Origin: an uncultured bacterium | GTDB taxonomy: Bacteria; UBA8481 | Direction of reading: 5' to 3' | NCBI GenBank assembly: GCA_964499705.1 | Contig: CAZCME010000005.1 | Location: 186,001 to 247,425, forward strand | DNA length: 61,425 bases | Part shown: positions 36,849 through 46,571 of the stretch, piece by piece | Numbering within the stretch: the first letter of the stretch is position 1 | How the letters are laid out: the number at the start of each line of letters is the position of its first letter | Made by a program: the position numbers and the translations under genes | The notes under the pieces: generated by a model | What the model saw: only the letters and a program-made list of their open reading frames with translations | Database searches by the model: none | What the model was told of the DNA's origin: nothing

Positions 36849-37748
36849 TTACTGCAGGAGCTGTAGAACGCTCTGCGGCGAAACGTTCGCCTGGGCCAGG
36901 GCCGAGGTTCCCGCCTGCTGCAGAATCTGATTCTTGGTGAAGGCCACGATTTCATCCGCGAAATCGAGATCCCTGATCCGGGATTCCGCCGCCGCCTGGT
37001 TCTCCTGTTGAATCTCCACGAAGTTGAGCGTCCGTTCGAGCCGGTTCTGCACCGATCCGAGTTCCGCCCTCAATCCGTTGACCTTCGTGATCGCATTGCC
37101 GATGATCGTGATCGCCGACTCGGCGCTGGTTCGACCTACCACGCCGCCGCCCAGTGAAATGATCGAGCTGATGAGCGAGGTTGTGGCCGTCTGCGTGCCG
37201 TTAACTTTCAAGCCGTTGACCCCAAGTCCGCTCGTCGTCGCCGTGAAAAGCGTGACGCCGATGGACTCGGTCTTGTTGGCGCCGACCTGGAACACCAGGG
37301 AGGTGCCTCCTACCTTTGAATACGTGCCCTTCAGGAGAACTTTTGTGTTGAAGTTCACCGTCGAGGCCTGCCGGTCGATCTCGGAAAGGACCTGGTTGAA
37401 TTCCAGCTGGATAAGCGCCCTGTCGTTCGTCGTCAACGTATCGTTGGACGCCTGAACCGCCAGTGTGCGCAGTCTCTGAAGCTGGTCGCTGATCGACTCG
37501 ATGCCGCCTTCGGCTGTCTGAATCAGCGAGATCCCATCCTGAATATTCTTGCTCGATTGCTTCAATCCGTTGATCTGTGTGCGAAACCGCTCCGAAATAG
37601 CCAGTCCCGCCGCGTCGTCCGCCGCCTTGTTGATCCTCAAGCCGGAAGACAATCGCTCCAGGTTCGTCTGAAGCACCCGATTTGTAACGTTCAACTGCCG
37701 TTGAGCGAATATAGCTGGTATATTTGTATTGACTCTGAATCCTGACAT
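36849..37748 (-). CDS. fliC: Flagellin (299 aa)
   Basis: LERLSSGLRINKAADDAAGL, LGSVQNRLE, ESRIRDLDFA. Confidence 0.97.
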   Translation of the reverse strand: MSGFRVNTNIPAIFAQRQLNVTNRVLQTNLERLSSGLRINKAADDAAGLAISERFRTQINGLKQSSKNIQDGISLIQTAEGGIESISDQLQRLRTLAVQASNDTLTTNDRALIQLEFNQVLSEIDRQASTVNFNTKVLLKGTYSKVGGTSLVFQVGANKTESIGVTLFTATTSGLGVNGLKVNGTQTATTSLISSIISLGGGVVGRTSAESAITIIGNAITKVNGLRAELGSVQNRLERTLNFVEIQQENQAAAESRIRDLDFADEIVAFTKNQILQQAGTSALAQANVSPQSVLQLLQ

Positions 37749-37770
37749 ATGGGTTCCTCCTTGATAAATC

Positions 37771-37790
37771 CTCGAACATCCCTGTCCGAG
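37771..37790 (-). promoter_or_regulatory. CsrA-binding hairpin in flagellin 3 leader
   Basis: Minus strand CUCGGACAGGGAUGUUCGAG just upstream of the AAGGAGG RBS. Confidence 0.8.
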
Positions 37791-38034
37791 GTGCTAGGAA
37801 ACCCTCTACCCTCTCAACTGCTACGGAAAATATAAGTATGAAGCCGAGCCCGCCAGGCTCTTGTCTCAGTTACCGACTTGCCTCCTTCCCGGTTGCGGCG
37901 CCTGTAGGATAAACGTATGGTGGCTCCGCCTCCGTCGCGTTTGATTTTATTATTTCCATCTTCCTCTCATTTTTAAGGACACGTATCCCGTCACAGCGCG
38001 TCGGCTGCGCCCGCATTCCCGGTCGACGAACATC

Positions 38035-38157
38035 CACGCAGCCGGACTGGCTGGCCTGAGTCGGACCGCGCGTGGCCGGAAATCGGATTGGATCCAGCGC
38101 GCACGGGATCGATCGCGCACCCGATAAACCGGGCACGCAGCCGGACAGACTGGCCTG
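38035..38157. repeat. Imperfect ~24-bp direct repeat in the inter-flagellin spacer
   Basis: cacgcagccggactggctggcctg (~38035) and cacgcagccggacagactggcctg (~38134). Confidence 0.7.
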
Positions 38158-38941
38158 TCTCGTCGCGATGAACGCAACACCTCCTGATGGCGCGGACCGC
38201 GCGACAGCGTCGGGAACAATAATAATGTCCCGTTGTGAATCAACATGGTTCTCACCGGGCCGGCCGCGCATGCACCGCTCGATCCATCGACGGATCGAGC
38301 CATCGCGCAATAAGGGACTGGCAGGGTCACCACGACCGGTCAGCCCGCGGGAATACTTCGCGGTTCCGCCACGGAATCCGTGGGAACGGCCCATCTGCCC
38401 ATCATAGGCGTGGTTGCATGGATTATTTTCGTGGCTCAACGACAGGTCAGGATCGCCGCGCGAGCCCGAAGGGATCATGACGGCGCAATCCGACCGTGCC
38501 GTCGCCCCCCAGGGATGCGCGAAGGCGGCAATCGCCGTCCCGGCACGTCGAGCAAGTCCTGGGATGTGCGGGCTCTTTATGGTCGGAGCAGCCTCGGTGT
38601 CGGACCTGGCGCGGCAGATATGCTCCGCGGATCTTCGCATGTCGATTTTCCTTAACACCGGATGATCTCCTCTCTCCCGCCCGCATGTCTTGTCGGGAAC
38701 GTTTCACAATGAACCGGCGGTCCTGCGCCCTGGCGCCGTCGCATTTCACGAGGCACCACCAAGCGTTGTATCGCGGCCTGACTTGTCGTGTTTCGACATG
38801 TCACGACGCTGTGCTGTTCATTCTGGAACATTCCTGTCATCGTTTCCATTCTCGATTCCTATTCCTGTCAACGCTTCCTGCAACTTCCACTCCGGGAACC
38901 CGATCTCCAGCCCCGGAATAGCTTAAAGCTCCGCCGGGCCG

Positions 38942-38965
38942 GCGGCCCCGCCGATGCGGGGCCGC
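38942..38965 (-). terminator. GC-rich hairpin after flagellin 4
   Basis: gcggccccgc-cgat-gcggggccgc; no U-tract. Confidence 0.55.
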
Positions 38966-38985
38966 GGCCGATGGTGAGTATGTTC

Positions 38986-39906
38986 TTACTGGAGCAGCTG
39001 GAGAACGCTCTGGGGTGCGACGTTGGCCTGCGCCAGCGCCGATGTTCCGGCCTGTTGCAGGATCTGATTCTTCGTGAAGGAGATGATCTCGTCAGAGAAG
39101 TCCAGGTCCCGGATTCTCGACTCGGAAGCCGCCTGGTTCTGCATCTGTATCCCGACGAAGTTTAAAGTTCTCTCCAGACGATTCTGGATCGAACCGAATT
39201 CCGCGCGGAGTCCGTTGACTTCGTTGATGGCATTTCCCAGGATCGTGATCGCCGACTCGGCGCCCGTCCTCGAGACGACTCCCTGCGTGCCGGAACCCGC
39301 CGTTGTGGCCAGCGTGATGATCGAACTGATCAGGCTGGTGCTCTGCGTCTGCACGCCGTTGACCTTCAGACCGTTGATCCCCAGTCCCGCGTTCGAGGAC
39401 GTCAGGATGTTCAATCCGATCGTCTCGGTTTTGTTGGCGCCGACCTGCAAGGACAGGGATGTGCCCCCCACCTTCGAGAAGGTGCCGGTCAGGAGTAGCT
39501 TGCCGTTGAAATTGACGGTGGAAGCCTGGCGGTCGATTTCAGCGAGCACCTGGTTGAATTCGAGCTGAATGAGCGCGCGGTCATTGGTGGTGAGCGTATC
39601 GTTCGACGCCTGGACGGCGAGTGAACGGAGCCTCTGGAGCATATCCGAGATCGTCTCGATGCCGCCTTCGGCGGTTTGAATCATCGAGATGCCGTCCTGG
39701 ATGTTCTTCGATGCCTGCTTCAAACCGTTGATCTGCGTCCGGAATCGCTCCGAAACGGCAAGGCCCGCGGCATCGTCCGCGGCGCGGTTGATCCGGAGTC
39801 CCGAGGAGAGACGCTCCAGGTTCTGTTGAAGAAGGTTGTTGTTGATGCCCAGCTGACGCTGAGCGAATAAGGCCGGTATATTGGTATTGACTCGAAAGCC
39901 TGACAT
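38986..39906 (-). CDS. fliC: Flagellin (306 aa)
   Basis: Start placed at ATG 39906 (MSGFRVNTN, GGAGG RBS) by analogy with flagellin 3; conserved termini. Confidence 0.97.
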   Translation of the reverse strand: MSGFRVNTNIPALFAQRQLGINNNLLQQNLERLSSGLRINRAADDAAGLAVSERFRTQINGLKQASKNIQDGISMIQTAEGGIETISDMLQRLRSLAVQASNDTLTTNDRALIQLEFNQVLAEIDRQASTVNFNGKLLLTGTFSKVGGTSLSLQVGANKTETIGLNILTSSNAGLGINGLKVNGVQTQSTSLISSIITLATTAGSGTQGVVSRTGAESAITILGNAINEVNGLRAEFGSIQNRLERTLNFVGIQMQNQAASESRIRDLDFSDEIISFTKNQILQQAGTSALAQANVAPQSVLQLLQ

Positions 39907-39931
39907 ATAAGTTCCTCCATGAACTTTGGTT

Positions 39932-39949
39932 TCGGACATCCTTGTCCGA
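39932..39949 (-). promoter_or_regulatory. CsrA-binding hairpin in flagellin 4 leader
   Basis: Minus strand UCGGACAAGGAUGUCCGA, a perfect ACAAGGAUGU; the RBS lies in a second hairpin GUUC-AUGGAG-GAAC. Confidence 0.85.
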
Positions 39950-40153
39950 TCAGGAACTTTCAGACCCTCTGTTAGTTGGAAAAGATATTTCTTATCGGAC
40001 CCGCCCGGTCCGCCCCGCTATTCTGCAAACCTCCTTTTCGCGCCTCGCCGTTTTCATTATGAAAGTATCCGGACGTCGGCCGTGATTTCGTTCTACACTA
40101 CTCTTCGGATGAAGAGCCGAAATTATTAACTGAATTCTCGGAAGATATTATGT

Positions 40154-40408
40154 TCAGCTTCTGGGAGGTTCGGGCTTCTTGAGATGTTTTTTCAGCAATT
40201 CGGCGCCGGCCGTCGCATCGCCGCGCGCCTGCGCCGCCAGGAGATTTTCACGCTGGATTTCCTCGAAGACTTCTTTCCTGTGAACGGCGACGGATCGCGG
40301 GGCCTTGATGCCGAGCTTGACCTGGTCGTGCTGCACGGAGACGACGATGATCTCGATGTCGTCGCCGATCATGATCGACTCGTTCAGATGTCGGGCGAGG
40401 ACAAGCAT
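40154..40408 (-). CDS. csrA: Carbon storage regulator CsrA
   Basis: [18 protein letters not shown]...[18 protein letters not shown] with the long C-terminal tail typical of FliW-type CsrA. Confidence 0.97.
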   Translation of the reverse strand: MLVLARHLNESIMIGDDIEIIVVSVQHDQVKLGIKAPRSVAVHRKEVFEEIQRENLLAAQARGDATAGAELLKKHLKKPEPPRS

Positions 40409-40893
40409 CAGGCATTCCCCGTCAAGGCCGCCGCAGGATCGCCGAGAATGTAGTGCCTCACCTTGTGATTCACGGAGCGCGAGATCATCTGGCGCCCGGT
40501 TCGCGTCGCGACATTGATGATGACCGGCCCCTGCAGATTGGCCGTCATCCGGCGCGGATCGTCGGGGATCACGACGATCGCCAGAACGACCGCTTGAGCG
40601 ATGTCCGGAATCCCCAGCGACGCGATGTCTTCCGCGGAAAGATCGGGCACATAATCCGCCGCGAATAATCGCGGGTCGATCGTGATAAATGCCAGGTCGG
40701 GCTCGTCAAGCGATTGCAGAAGCAGGAACGGGCTGTCGTCTCCGCCATGCGGAATCAGGGCGTAGTTTTCAAGCCCGTCGAATCCGAGGAGCCCGTCCTT
40801 GACGAGGATGATGTTTTTTTCGGTGATCTCCACGTCGCGGCCGGTCTTGGTCCGGATGGTCCGTTTCTGCTCCGCGTTTTCCCTGTTCTCCAT
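40408..40893 (-). CDS. fliW: Flagellar assembly factor FliW
   Basis: [32 protein letters not shown]; coupled to csrA. Confidence 0.95.
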   Translation of the reverse strand: MENRENAEQKRTIRTKTGRDVEITEKNIILVKDGLLGFDGLENYALIPHGGDDSPFLLLQSLDEPDLAFITIDPRLFAADYVPDLSAEDIASLGIPDIAQAVVLAIVVIPDDPRRMTANLQGPVIINVATRTGRQMISRSVNHKVRHYILGDPAAALTGNA

Positions 40894-40911
40894 CGCCGCG
40901 AAGATACCCGA

Positions 40912-42552
40912 CTAGGAGAGGAAGTTCAATAGACTAAGGTTCAGGAGGTCGGAAATCGACTTCAGAGCGGCACTCTGGGCGGTCTGCTGCGTTTTAAGCT
41001 CGGATATGATTTCCGAGAGGTCCACATCTTCCAGGTCCGAAAGAACTTCCTTCTGATTCAAGACGATGCTCGTCAGTCGATCCTTCTGCGATTCGAGCTC
41101 ATTCGTCCGGACGCCCGCTTCGGAACGAGTCAGCGCCACCGCATCCAGCGCCGCATCGATCTCCGGCAGGTTCGCGTCGCGCACGCTCGCGGCATCTCCG
41201 CGCCGCAGGCTATCGCGCATCGCGATGAGCGATTGGAAGATGGAGCCTCCTCCGGTTTCGGCGGCGGCGGTCGTCAATCCCAGGTCGGCCGCAAGACTCC
41301 CGCTCGCGTCTTCGATCGTCATCGTCCCCGGCCGCTGGTTGGTCAGCTGAAGCGCATAATTCTGAAGGACGGTACCCGCCAGATTCGAGCCCGTGGGTTG
41401 CGAGGGAACCCGCGTAATGCCGGCGAGCTGCATGATGTTGCTGGATCCGACCGCGTTGTCACCGATCTCCACTCCGCCGGAAAGACGGAGCGTCAAGGGC
41501 GAGGTCGCGCCCGACAGGGCCGGTGTGCCGTCGACCAGTTGTCCGGCCGCATCGTAGATCTCCGCCGTCACTCCGGTCGACGACGTGAGCGCATTCAGCC
41601 GATCCGTGAACGTGAAGAGCGTATCGTTGCCGCTGACGCTCACGCTCTGCCCGTTCACCGAAATGGTCCCGGCCGTGAATCCCGCCAGGGCGGAAAGATT
41701 GCCGAGCGGCAGCGCGAAGGTGTTGTTGCCGCGCATGACTCCGGTCACGCTCGCTGTGACCCCCGCATTCGCGTCGTTGATCTTCCGGGACAGGTCAAGA
41801 AGGCTGTCTCCTTCCGCGGTCGTCGGATTGCCGTCCAGGTCGTATCCGACAAGTACATCGTTGATCCTCAACTGGCCTTCGGTCACCCCTGAACTGGGTA
41901 GAAACGCCGCGGCCATCTCCCGATCGGCGTATTCGGACGAGACGGTTCCGTCCCAGTTCGTCGACGTGCTCCGCAGGACGGAGGCTCCGGCCGCGAAAAC
42001 CCGGTCCCCCGGCCATGTCAGAGGAACATTGATGCCCGCTTCCAGCTCCAGCTCGACGGAATCCCCGGAGTAATTCACGGATGTGATCTCGCCGATGCCG
42101 TTGCGGATCGCCGTGAAGGCGTCGCTGTCCGTCTCCGCTCCCGCGAAGATGCTCCGGCCCCCGCTGCGGGAATTGGCGGTAGCCAGGAGGCTTTCGAGCT
42201 GCTGATTCACTTCCGACGCGATCACCTGCATGTCGCCGGTCGTGTAAGTGCCGTTCGCGGCCTGCAGGGCGAGCGTCCGCAGACGCTGGAGCTGCTCTAT
42301 GGCGGAGGTCATGTAGCTCTCGGCTTCCGCGATCATCCGTCCGTTCAGGTCGATACTCCGGATTCTCTGCTCATCGCGGCGGATCTTCGTGCTGATTCTC
42401 TGCGTCCGCGCGGCCAGTTCCGGATCTTCGCTCGCCCGCTCGATCTTCTTTCCCGTCGCGAGCTGCCTCTGCAGCAGGAAGAGCTTGTCGGTCTGGACGT
42501 TCGTCCGATCGACGGCGGATGAAATGAGATTGCCGAATGCGACGCGCGTCAT
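40912..42552 (-). CDS. flgL: Flagellar hook-associated protein 3
   Basis: QLATGKKIERASEDP, AANGTY, C-terminal DLEDVDL...LSLLNFL; follows flgK. Confidence 0.93.
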   Translation of the reverse strand: MTRVAFGNLISSAVDRTNVQTDKLFLLQRQLATGKKIERASEDPELAARTQRISTKIRRDEQRIRSIDLNGRMIAEAESYMTSAIEQLQRLRTLALQAANGTYTTGDMQVIASEVNQQLESLLATANSRSGGRSIFAGAETDSDAFTAIRNGIGEITSVNYSGDSVELELEAGINVPLTWPGDRVFAAGASVLRSTSTNWDGTVSSEYADREMAAAFLPSSGVTEGQLRINDVLVGYDLDGNPTTAEGDSLLDLSRKINDANAGVTASVTGVMRGNNTFALPLGNLSALAGFTAGTISVNGQSVSVSGNDTLFTFTDRLNALTSSTGVTAEIYDAAGQLVDGTPALSGATSPLTLRLSGGVEIGDNAVGSSNIMQLAGITRVPSQPTGSNLAGTVLQNYALQLTNQRPGTMTIEDASGSLAADLGLTTAAAETGGGSIFQSLIAMRDSLRRGDAASVRDANLPEIDAALDAVALTRSEAGVRTNELESQKDRLTSIVLNQKEVLSDLEDVDLSEIISELKTQQTAQSAALKSISDLLNLSLLNFLS

Positions 42553-42576
42553 GTCAGATGATCTCCCGCGTCATCG

Positions 42577-44445
42577 TCACTGTCCCAGCGCGATGAGCGT
42601 CTGGAGGACCTCGTCCATCGTGGAGATGATCCGCGAGGCGGCCTGGAATCCGCGCTGGTACTTGATCATGTTGATGAGCTCCTCGTCGAGCGAGACGCCC
42701 TGGATCTCCTCGCGGCGGCTCTTCAACTGGTCGATCTGTGCCTCAAGCCCCTCTTCCGTCCGCTTCGCCGCGCCGGCTTCGACGCCGATCGTGCCGAGCA
42801 TGCCCGCAATGTATTCGTTGTACGTCGACGTGTTGCCGCTCATGGTATCGGTTTCGCGGAGCCCGGCCAGAAGCAGCGCATTGGCGCCGTCTCCGGGGCC
42901 GCGCGAGCGATCTCCACGACCATCCGGCGGTGAAGAAAGATCGTCTCCCTTGGCCGCGGCGATCTTGCCGAGGTCGGCGATGATTTCGTCCGTGACGGCA
43001 AAGCGCCGCGCCGCATCGTCGGCAGGTCGAAGCGCGACCTCGCCTGTGAAAACAGAGGTCGGCGGATTCGCGCCGTTCGTCGGAGGATACGCCGAGGACG
43101 CGGGAAGAATTCCCATGCGCGACAGGAATGTGCCCTGGCTGTCGGACATGTTCGAGATCACGAAGTCCGCGCCGCGCCGCGCCGAAAGCAGCAGCCTGTT
43201 CTCCGGCGTTACCGTCGCGGTGACGTTCGCCGCGGAGTTGTTGATCCGATCGACGACGGTCTGGAGCGTGTCGGTGGAACCGTTGTAGGAGATTCCGATG
43301 CCGTTGATGACAAAGCTCCCTGTGCCGATCGGATTCGACTCGAAGTTTTCCGTCTGAACCGTCGTGGCGTCGCCATCCAGCGCGACATCGAGTCGCTCGA
43401 CGAAGGATGTGCCGAGAACGCTGTAGAGCCGGGATTCCGTGGATGGCGGCGTGCCGAGCGTAAAGAAGTCGACGCCGGTCGTTCCGTTCAGGCCGAATCC
43501 GGTGCTGTGGATCGTGTTGAAGCTCTCCGTCAGAGAGACGGCCAGTTCGTTCAGATCTCCGCGCAGGGTGGAGAGCGTCCCGTCCTGAAGATCCTGGAAG
43601 GCTCGAAGCTGGCCGGAAACAGGCTGCAGGATCGCGCGGAGCGAACCGCCGACCGCGAGCGAGGGCAGGAGATCCGGACCGTTGCTGACCGTGGACACAT
43701 CGAAGGACTGGAATCCCTGCACGATGACCTGGCTTCCCAGGAGAACATTCAACGAGGAGGCCGAGCCCGGCGTCGTCTGAACATCGCCCAGCTCGGAAAG
43801 CTGTTCCAGAAGTACTTGCCGGCGGTCTTCGAAGTCGTTCGGTTGGAGGTCGTTCGAGGTCATCGCCGAGGCCTGCTCGTTCAGCTTCGCAAGCTCGGCG
43901 GAAATGGAATTGATGAGCGTCGCCTTGTCCGCCATCTCCGAAGCCATGTCGACGCGGAGTTCTTCGACGCTCGTGGCCGCGATCTGGATCCGGTTGGCCA
44001 CTTCCACGCCACGCGAACGGACGACGGCGCGGATCGTCAGGGAATCCGGCGAGCCGGCGAGGTCATGAAGCGATGAGAAGAAATTGTCCAGGCTCTCCGC
44101 GATGTCGATCTCCCCGGCGAACAATGCCTCGACCTGGTCGAGTATCTGCCGGGTTTTCTCGCTGTCCTTGAAGTCCGATGTCAGGTCGCGGATCTTGTCG
44201 TTCAACAGGAGATCACGGACGGATTCGATGCGGGAGATTTCGACGCCGGTTCCCACCTGGGCCACCTGCGAAACGCCCTGAACGTCGGGAAGGTTGAGAG
44301 AGGTGGACGCCTGCATCGTCACGATCTTGCGGGTGTAGCCCTCCGTGTTCGCGTTCGCGATATTCTGGGATGTCACTTCCAGCGCGCGCTGGTGAGCGCC
44401 CAGCGCGGATCGTCCGATCGAAAGCCCCAGCATGCCGTTGGCCAT
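42577..44445 (-). CDS. flgK: Flagellar hook-associated protein 1
   Basis: TSQNIANANTEGYTR, GTGV, GVSLDEELINMIKYQRGFQAASR. Confidence 0.95.
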   Translation of the reverse strand: MANGMLGLSIGRSALGAHQRALEVTSQNIANANTEGYTRKIVTMQASTSLNLPDVQGVSQVAQVGTGVEISRIESVRDLLLNDKIRDLTSDFKDSEKTRQILDQVEALFAGEIDIAESLDNFFSSLHDLAGSPDSLTIRAVVRSRGVEVANRIQIAATSVEELRVDMASEMADKATLINSISAELAKLNEQASAMTSNDLQPNDFEDRRQVLLEQLSELGDVQTTPGSASSLNVLLGSQVIVQGFQSFDVSTVSNGPDLLPSLAVGGSLRAILQPVSGQLRAFQDLQDGTLSTLRGDLNELAVSLTESFNTIHSTGFGLNGTTGVDFFTLGTPPSTESRLYSVLGTSFVERLDVALDGDATTVQTENFESNPIGTGSFVINGIGISYNGSTDTLQTVVDRINNSAANVTATVTPENRLLLSARRGADFVISNMSDSQGTFLSRMGILPASSAYPPTNGANPPTSVFTGEVALRPADDAARRFAVTDEIIADLGKIAAAKGDDLSSPPDGRGDRSRGPGDGANALLLAGLRETDTMSGNTSTYNEYIAGMLGTIGVEAGAAKRTEEGLEAQIDQLKSRREEIQGVSLDEELINMIKYQRGFQAASRIISTMDEVLQTLIALGQ

Positions 44446-44927
44446 CAGGCGGTCCTGTCGATCATCTTCGAGGGCCGGGCCGGACCTCCATACCCCTTGT
44501 CCGATCCGTATCCGACTCCGCGCGCATCGATGCTTTCGAGCACCTTGATCGTCTGCTCGATCACATCGATATTCGCGGTCAGGATTCCTCCGACCTGAGC
44601 CGACAGGCGCGCCGTTTCGCTGACGAGAAGCCGCAGCGCGTCGATCTCCGCCGTGGGAACGTTCTTCGCATCGATCATGCTCAGCTTGAAATCCTGCGGA
44701 GCGACGTTATATCGCGGAGCGGTCTCCGCGATCAGCTCGATCATCCGCCGGTCCAGCGCCGCGGCATCCATCTGCGATTTCGTGAGCTGCGTGGAGAGTT
44801 CCAGCACAAGCGCGCTGTTCTTCTGCTTCGCCGCGTCGATGAGAGAATTAAGGATTTTCCTGATCGACTGAAAAAGCGTGGACTGCTCGGAAATCAGATT
44901 TGTGAAGGTATTTAGTTCCGCGGCCAT
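44445..44927 (-). CDS. flgN: Flagellar export chaperone FlgN (probable)
   Basis: 160-aa helical protein directly upstream of and coupled to flgK; C-terminal Y...MIDRTA pattern. Confidence 0.75.
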   Translation of the reverse strand: MAAELNTFTNLISEQSTLFQSIRKILNSLIDAAKQKNSALVLELSTQLTKSQMDAAALDRRMIELIAETAPRYNVAPQDFKLSMIDAKNVPTAEIDALRLLVSETARLSAQVGGILTANIDVIEQTIKVLESIDARGVGYGSDKGYGGPARPSKMIDRTA

Positions 44928-44934
44928 GATTCTT

Positions 44935-44961
44935 TTATCGGCCGGGAATCCTCAAATCTGA
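44935..44961 (-). promoter_or_regulatory. Sigma28 promoter for flgN-flgK-flgL-fliW-csrA
   Basis: Minus strand TCAG-N15-GCCGATAA, 7 nt before the ATG. Confidence 0.8.
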
Positions 44962-44967
44962 ACGGAC

Positions 44968-45321
44968 TTATTCTTTCTTTCGGGTCTTCAAAGTGTCGCT
45001 GACGCTCGAGAATCTGGATGCCAGTTTGTCACGGCACTTCTTGCAGAAGCGGCCACCCTCGATATCAGCGCCGCATTCCTCGCAACGGAGCTTCGCGGCG
45101 GGGGTATCCAGAAAAAGCCGGCCCGATCTGACGTAATTGACGATCGTTTCTCGGCCGATGCCGGAGATCGTCGCCAGGTCGTCTATCGTGGCGTTGGGCA
45201 TGTCCTGGGAGAGATGCTTCAGATTCTCGAGAACCTGGGTCTCCTTCTCCCAGCATTTCGGACAGATCGCAAACTTATCGCGCGAAAAGATATCCCCGCA
45301 TGCTGGACATTTGGCGAGCAT
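44968..45321 (-). CDS. YvyF/TIGR03826-like flagellar operon protein (zinc ribbon + HTH)
   Basis: CPACGDIF...CPKC, ATIDDLATISGI...VRSGRL, CEECGADIEGGRFCKKC. Confidence 0.85.
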   Translation of the reverse strand: MLAKCPACGDIFSRDKFAICPKCWEKETQVLENLKHLSQDMPNATIDDLATISGIGRETIVNYVRSGRLFLDTPAAKLRCEECGADIEGGRFCKKCRDKLASRFSSVSDTLKTRKKE

Positions 45322-46571
45322 CAGCTGGCTACAGTCCTGATGGAACTGATCTTCCAGATCTGCGGATCGCTCTTCGCAAACTCCGCGTAGGCCCTGCCCT
45401 TTTCCCGGGACACAGCGCCGTTCTTGCCGGTCACTTCGATGACGAAGTCGAACTTGGCGGCGCCGCCCGTCCGTCTCGGCTCCGTCTCGATCTTCGAGAT
45501 CTTGTAATCGATCCGCTTGGAATTGGCCCAGAGCTGATCGAGGTAGGCGAGATAGTCGCCTTTCGACCAGCCGCGCTCATCCTTGTAGCTGTCGGAGAGG
45601 GCCTTGTCGGCCTGTTCCTTGTTGCCGCGCACGACGGCGATCCGGAAATTCTCCAGGATCGACTGCATCTCGTCACCGCCCGGATAAATGGCATGCGGAA
45701 CCACGATGCTCCGAAAGGTCTCCACGCCGCGAAGGTTCGTCTGCGGCGGTGTGCCTCCCCAGACATCCTCGCGCGGTATCCGGGGTATCCAGCTCCGGAT
45801 ATGCTCCAGCCTGTCGCGCGTCAGCGGATGCGACCGGAAGAATTGCTCGGCCTTCCAGGGCTTCCGCTCCTCCAGCTCCAGGAGCCCTTCCATTGCTCCC
45901 AGCATGCCGTTGGGATCATATCCCGTCCGATACAGGTACTTGGCTCCGAGAATATCCGCCTGGTCTTCATCGCCGCGGGAATACCCGAGGTAAAAGAGCG
46001 TCACCGCCGCGTTGGCCGCCTGCATCATGTCGTCGTTGACCTTGTTGCCGAGAAGAAGGCCCGCGGCGACAAGGCCGATCGAGGCGATCGTGGAATTCTG
46101 CATCTGCTTGGCCGAATGACGCGCGGCCACATGCCCGATCTCGTGCCCGATGACGCCGGCCAGTTCCGCCTCGTCGTCGAAGACACCCATGATCCCCCGC
46201 GTGATATAGATGTGCCCTCCGGGCGTCGCGAAGGCGTTGGCGATGGGAGAATCGAGCACCTTGAACTTGTAGGCGATGTTCGGGCGGTCGGAATTCTTCG
46301 CGAGATTCTGGCCGATCTGGTCGACGTAGGCTCCCAGTTCCGCATCCTGGTAGACCGTGTATTCCTTCTCGACTTCCTTGGCGACTTCCTCGCCGATCGC
46401 AATTTCGCGCCGCTCCGAGACCAGCCAGACGTTCGATTGCCGCGGCGCCAGTTGATCCCGCTGGGAACAGGCGGGAGCAAGAATCACCAGGGCCATCAGG
46501 AGCCCGACCATTAATATGCTGGAACGTTTCAAAGCGGGGGCGGGAATCCTGTGATTTTCATCTGCAGTCAT
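45321..46571 (-). CDS. M48 family metalloprotease lipoprotein (BepA/YfgC-like) with C-terminal extra domain
   Basis: AAGGAG RBS before ATG 46571; lipobox LAPA-C; NAFATPGG, GHEIGH, YSRGDEDQAD, SHP. Confidence 0.9.
   Translation of the reverse strand: MTADENHRIPAPALKRSSILMVGLLMALVILAPACSQRDQLAPRQSNVWLVSERREIAIGEEVAKEVEKEYTVYQDAELGAYVDQIGQNLAKNSDRPNIAYKFKVLDSPIANAFATPGGHIYITRGIMGVFDDEAELAGVIGHEIGHVAARHSAKQMQNSTIASIGLVAAGLLLGNKVNDDMMQAANAAVTLFYLGYSRGDEDQADILGAKYLYRTGYDPNGMLGAMEGLLELEERKPWKAEQFFRSHPLTRDRLEHIRSWIPRIPREDVWGGTPPQTNLRGVETFRSIVVPHAIYPGGDEMQSILENFRIAVVRGNKEQADKALSDSYKDERGWSKGDYLAYLDQLWANSKRIDYKISKIETEPRRTGGAAKFDFVIEVTGKNGAVSREKGRAYAEFAKSDPQIWKISSIRTVAS

Noticed and set aside
38035-38157. 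Direct repeats as a CRISPR array or c-di-GMP riboswitch
   Set aside because: Only two imperfect copies, no cas genes, and the GEMM core motifs could not be identified by eye.
37870-38658. 262-aa minus-strand ORF in the inter-flagellin spacer
   Set aside because: No RBS, low-information R/P/S/C-rich sequence and no domain; treated as non-coding.
39907-39939. ORF-track N-terminal extension of flagellin 4
   Set aside because: The ATG lies inside the CsrA hairpin; the SD and paralog alignment support ATG 39906.
39985-40130. Sigma28 promoter candidates for flagellin 4 (TCCGATAA near 39992-39999; TAAT-N15-TCCGAAGA near 40102-40128)
   Set aside because: One lacks a -35 and the other has a weak -10; I cannot choose between them, so neither was annotated.
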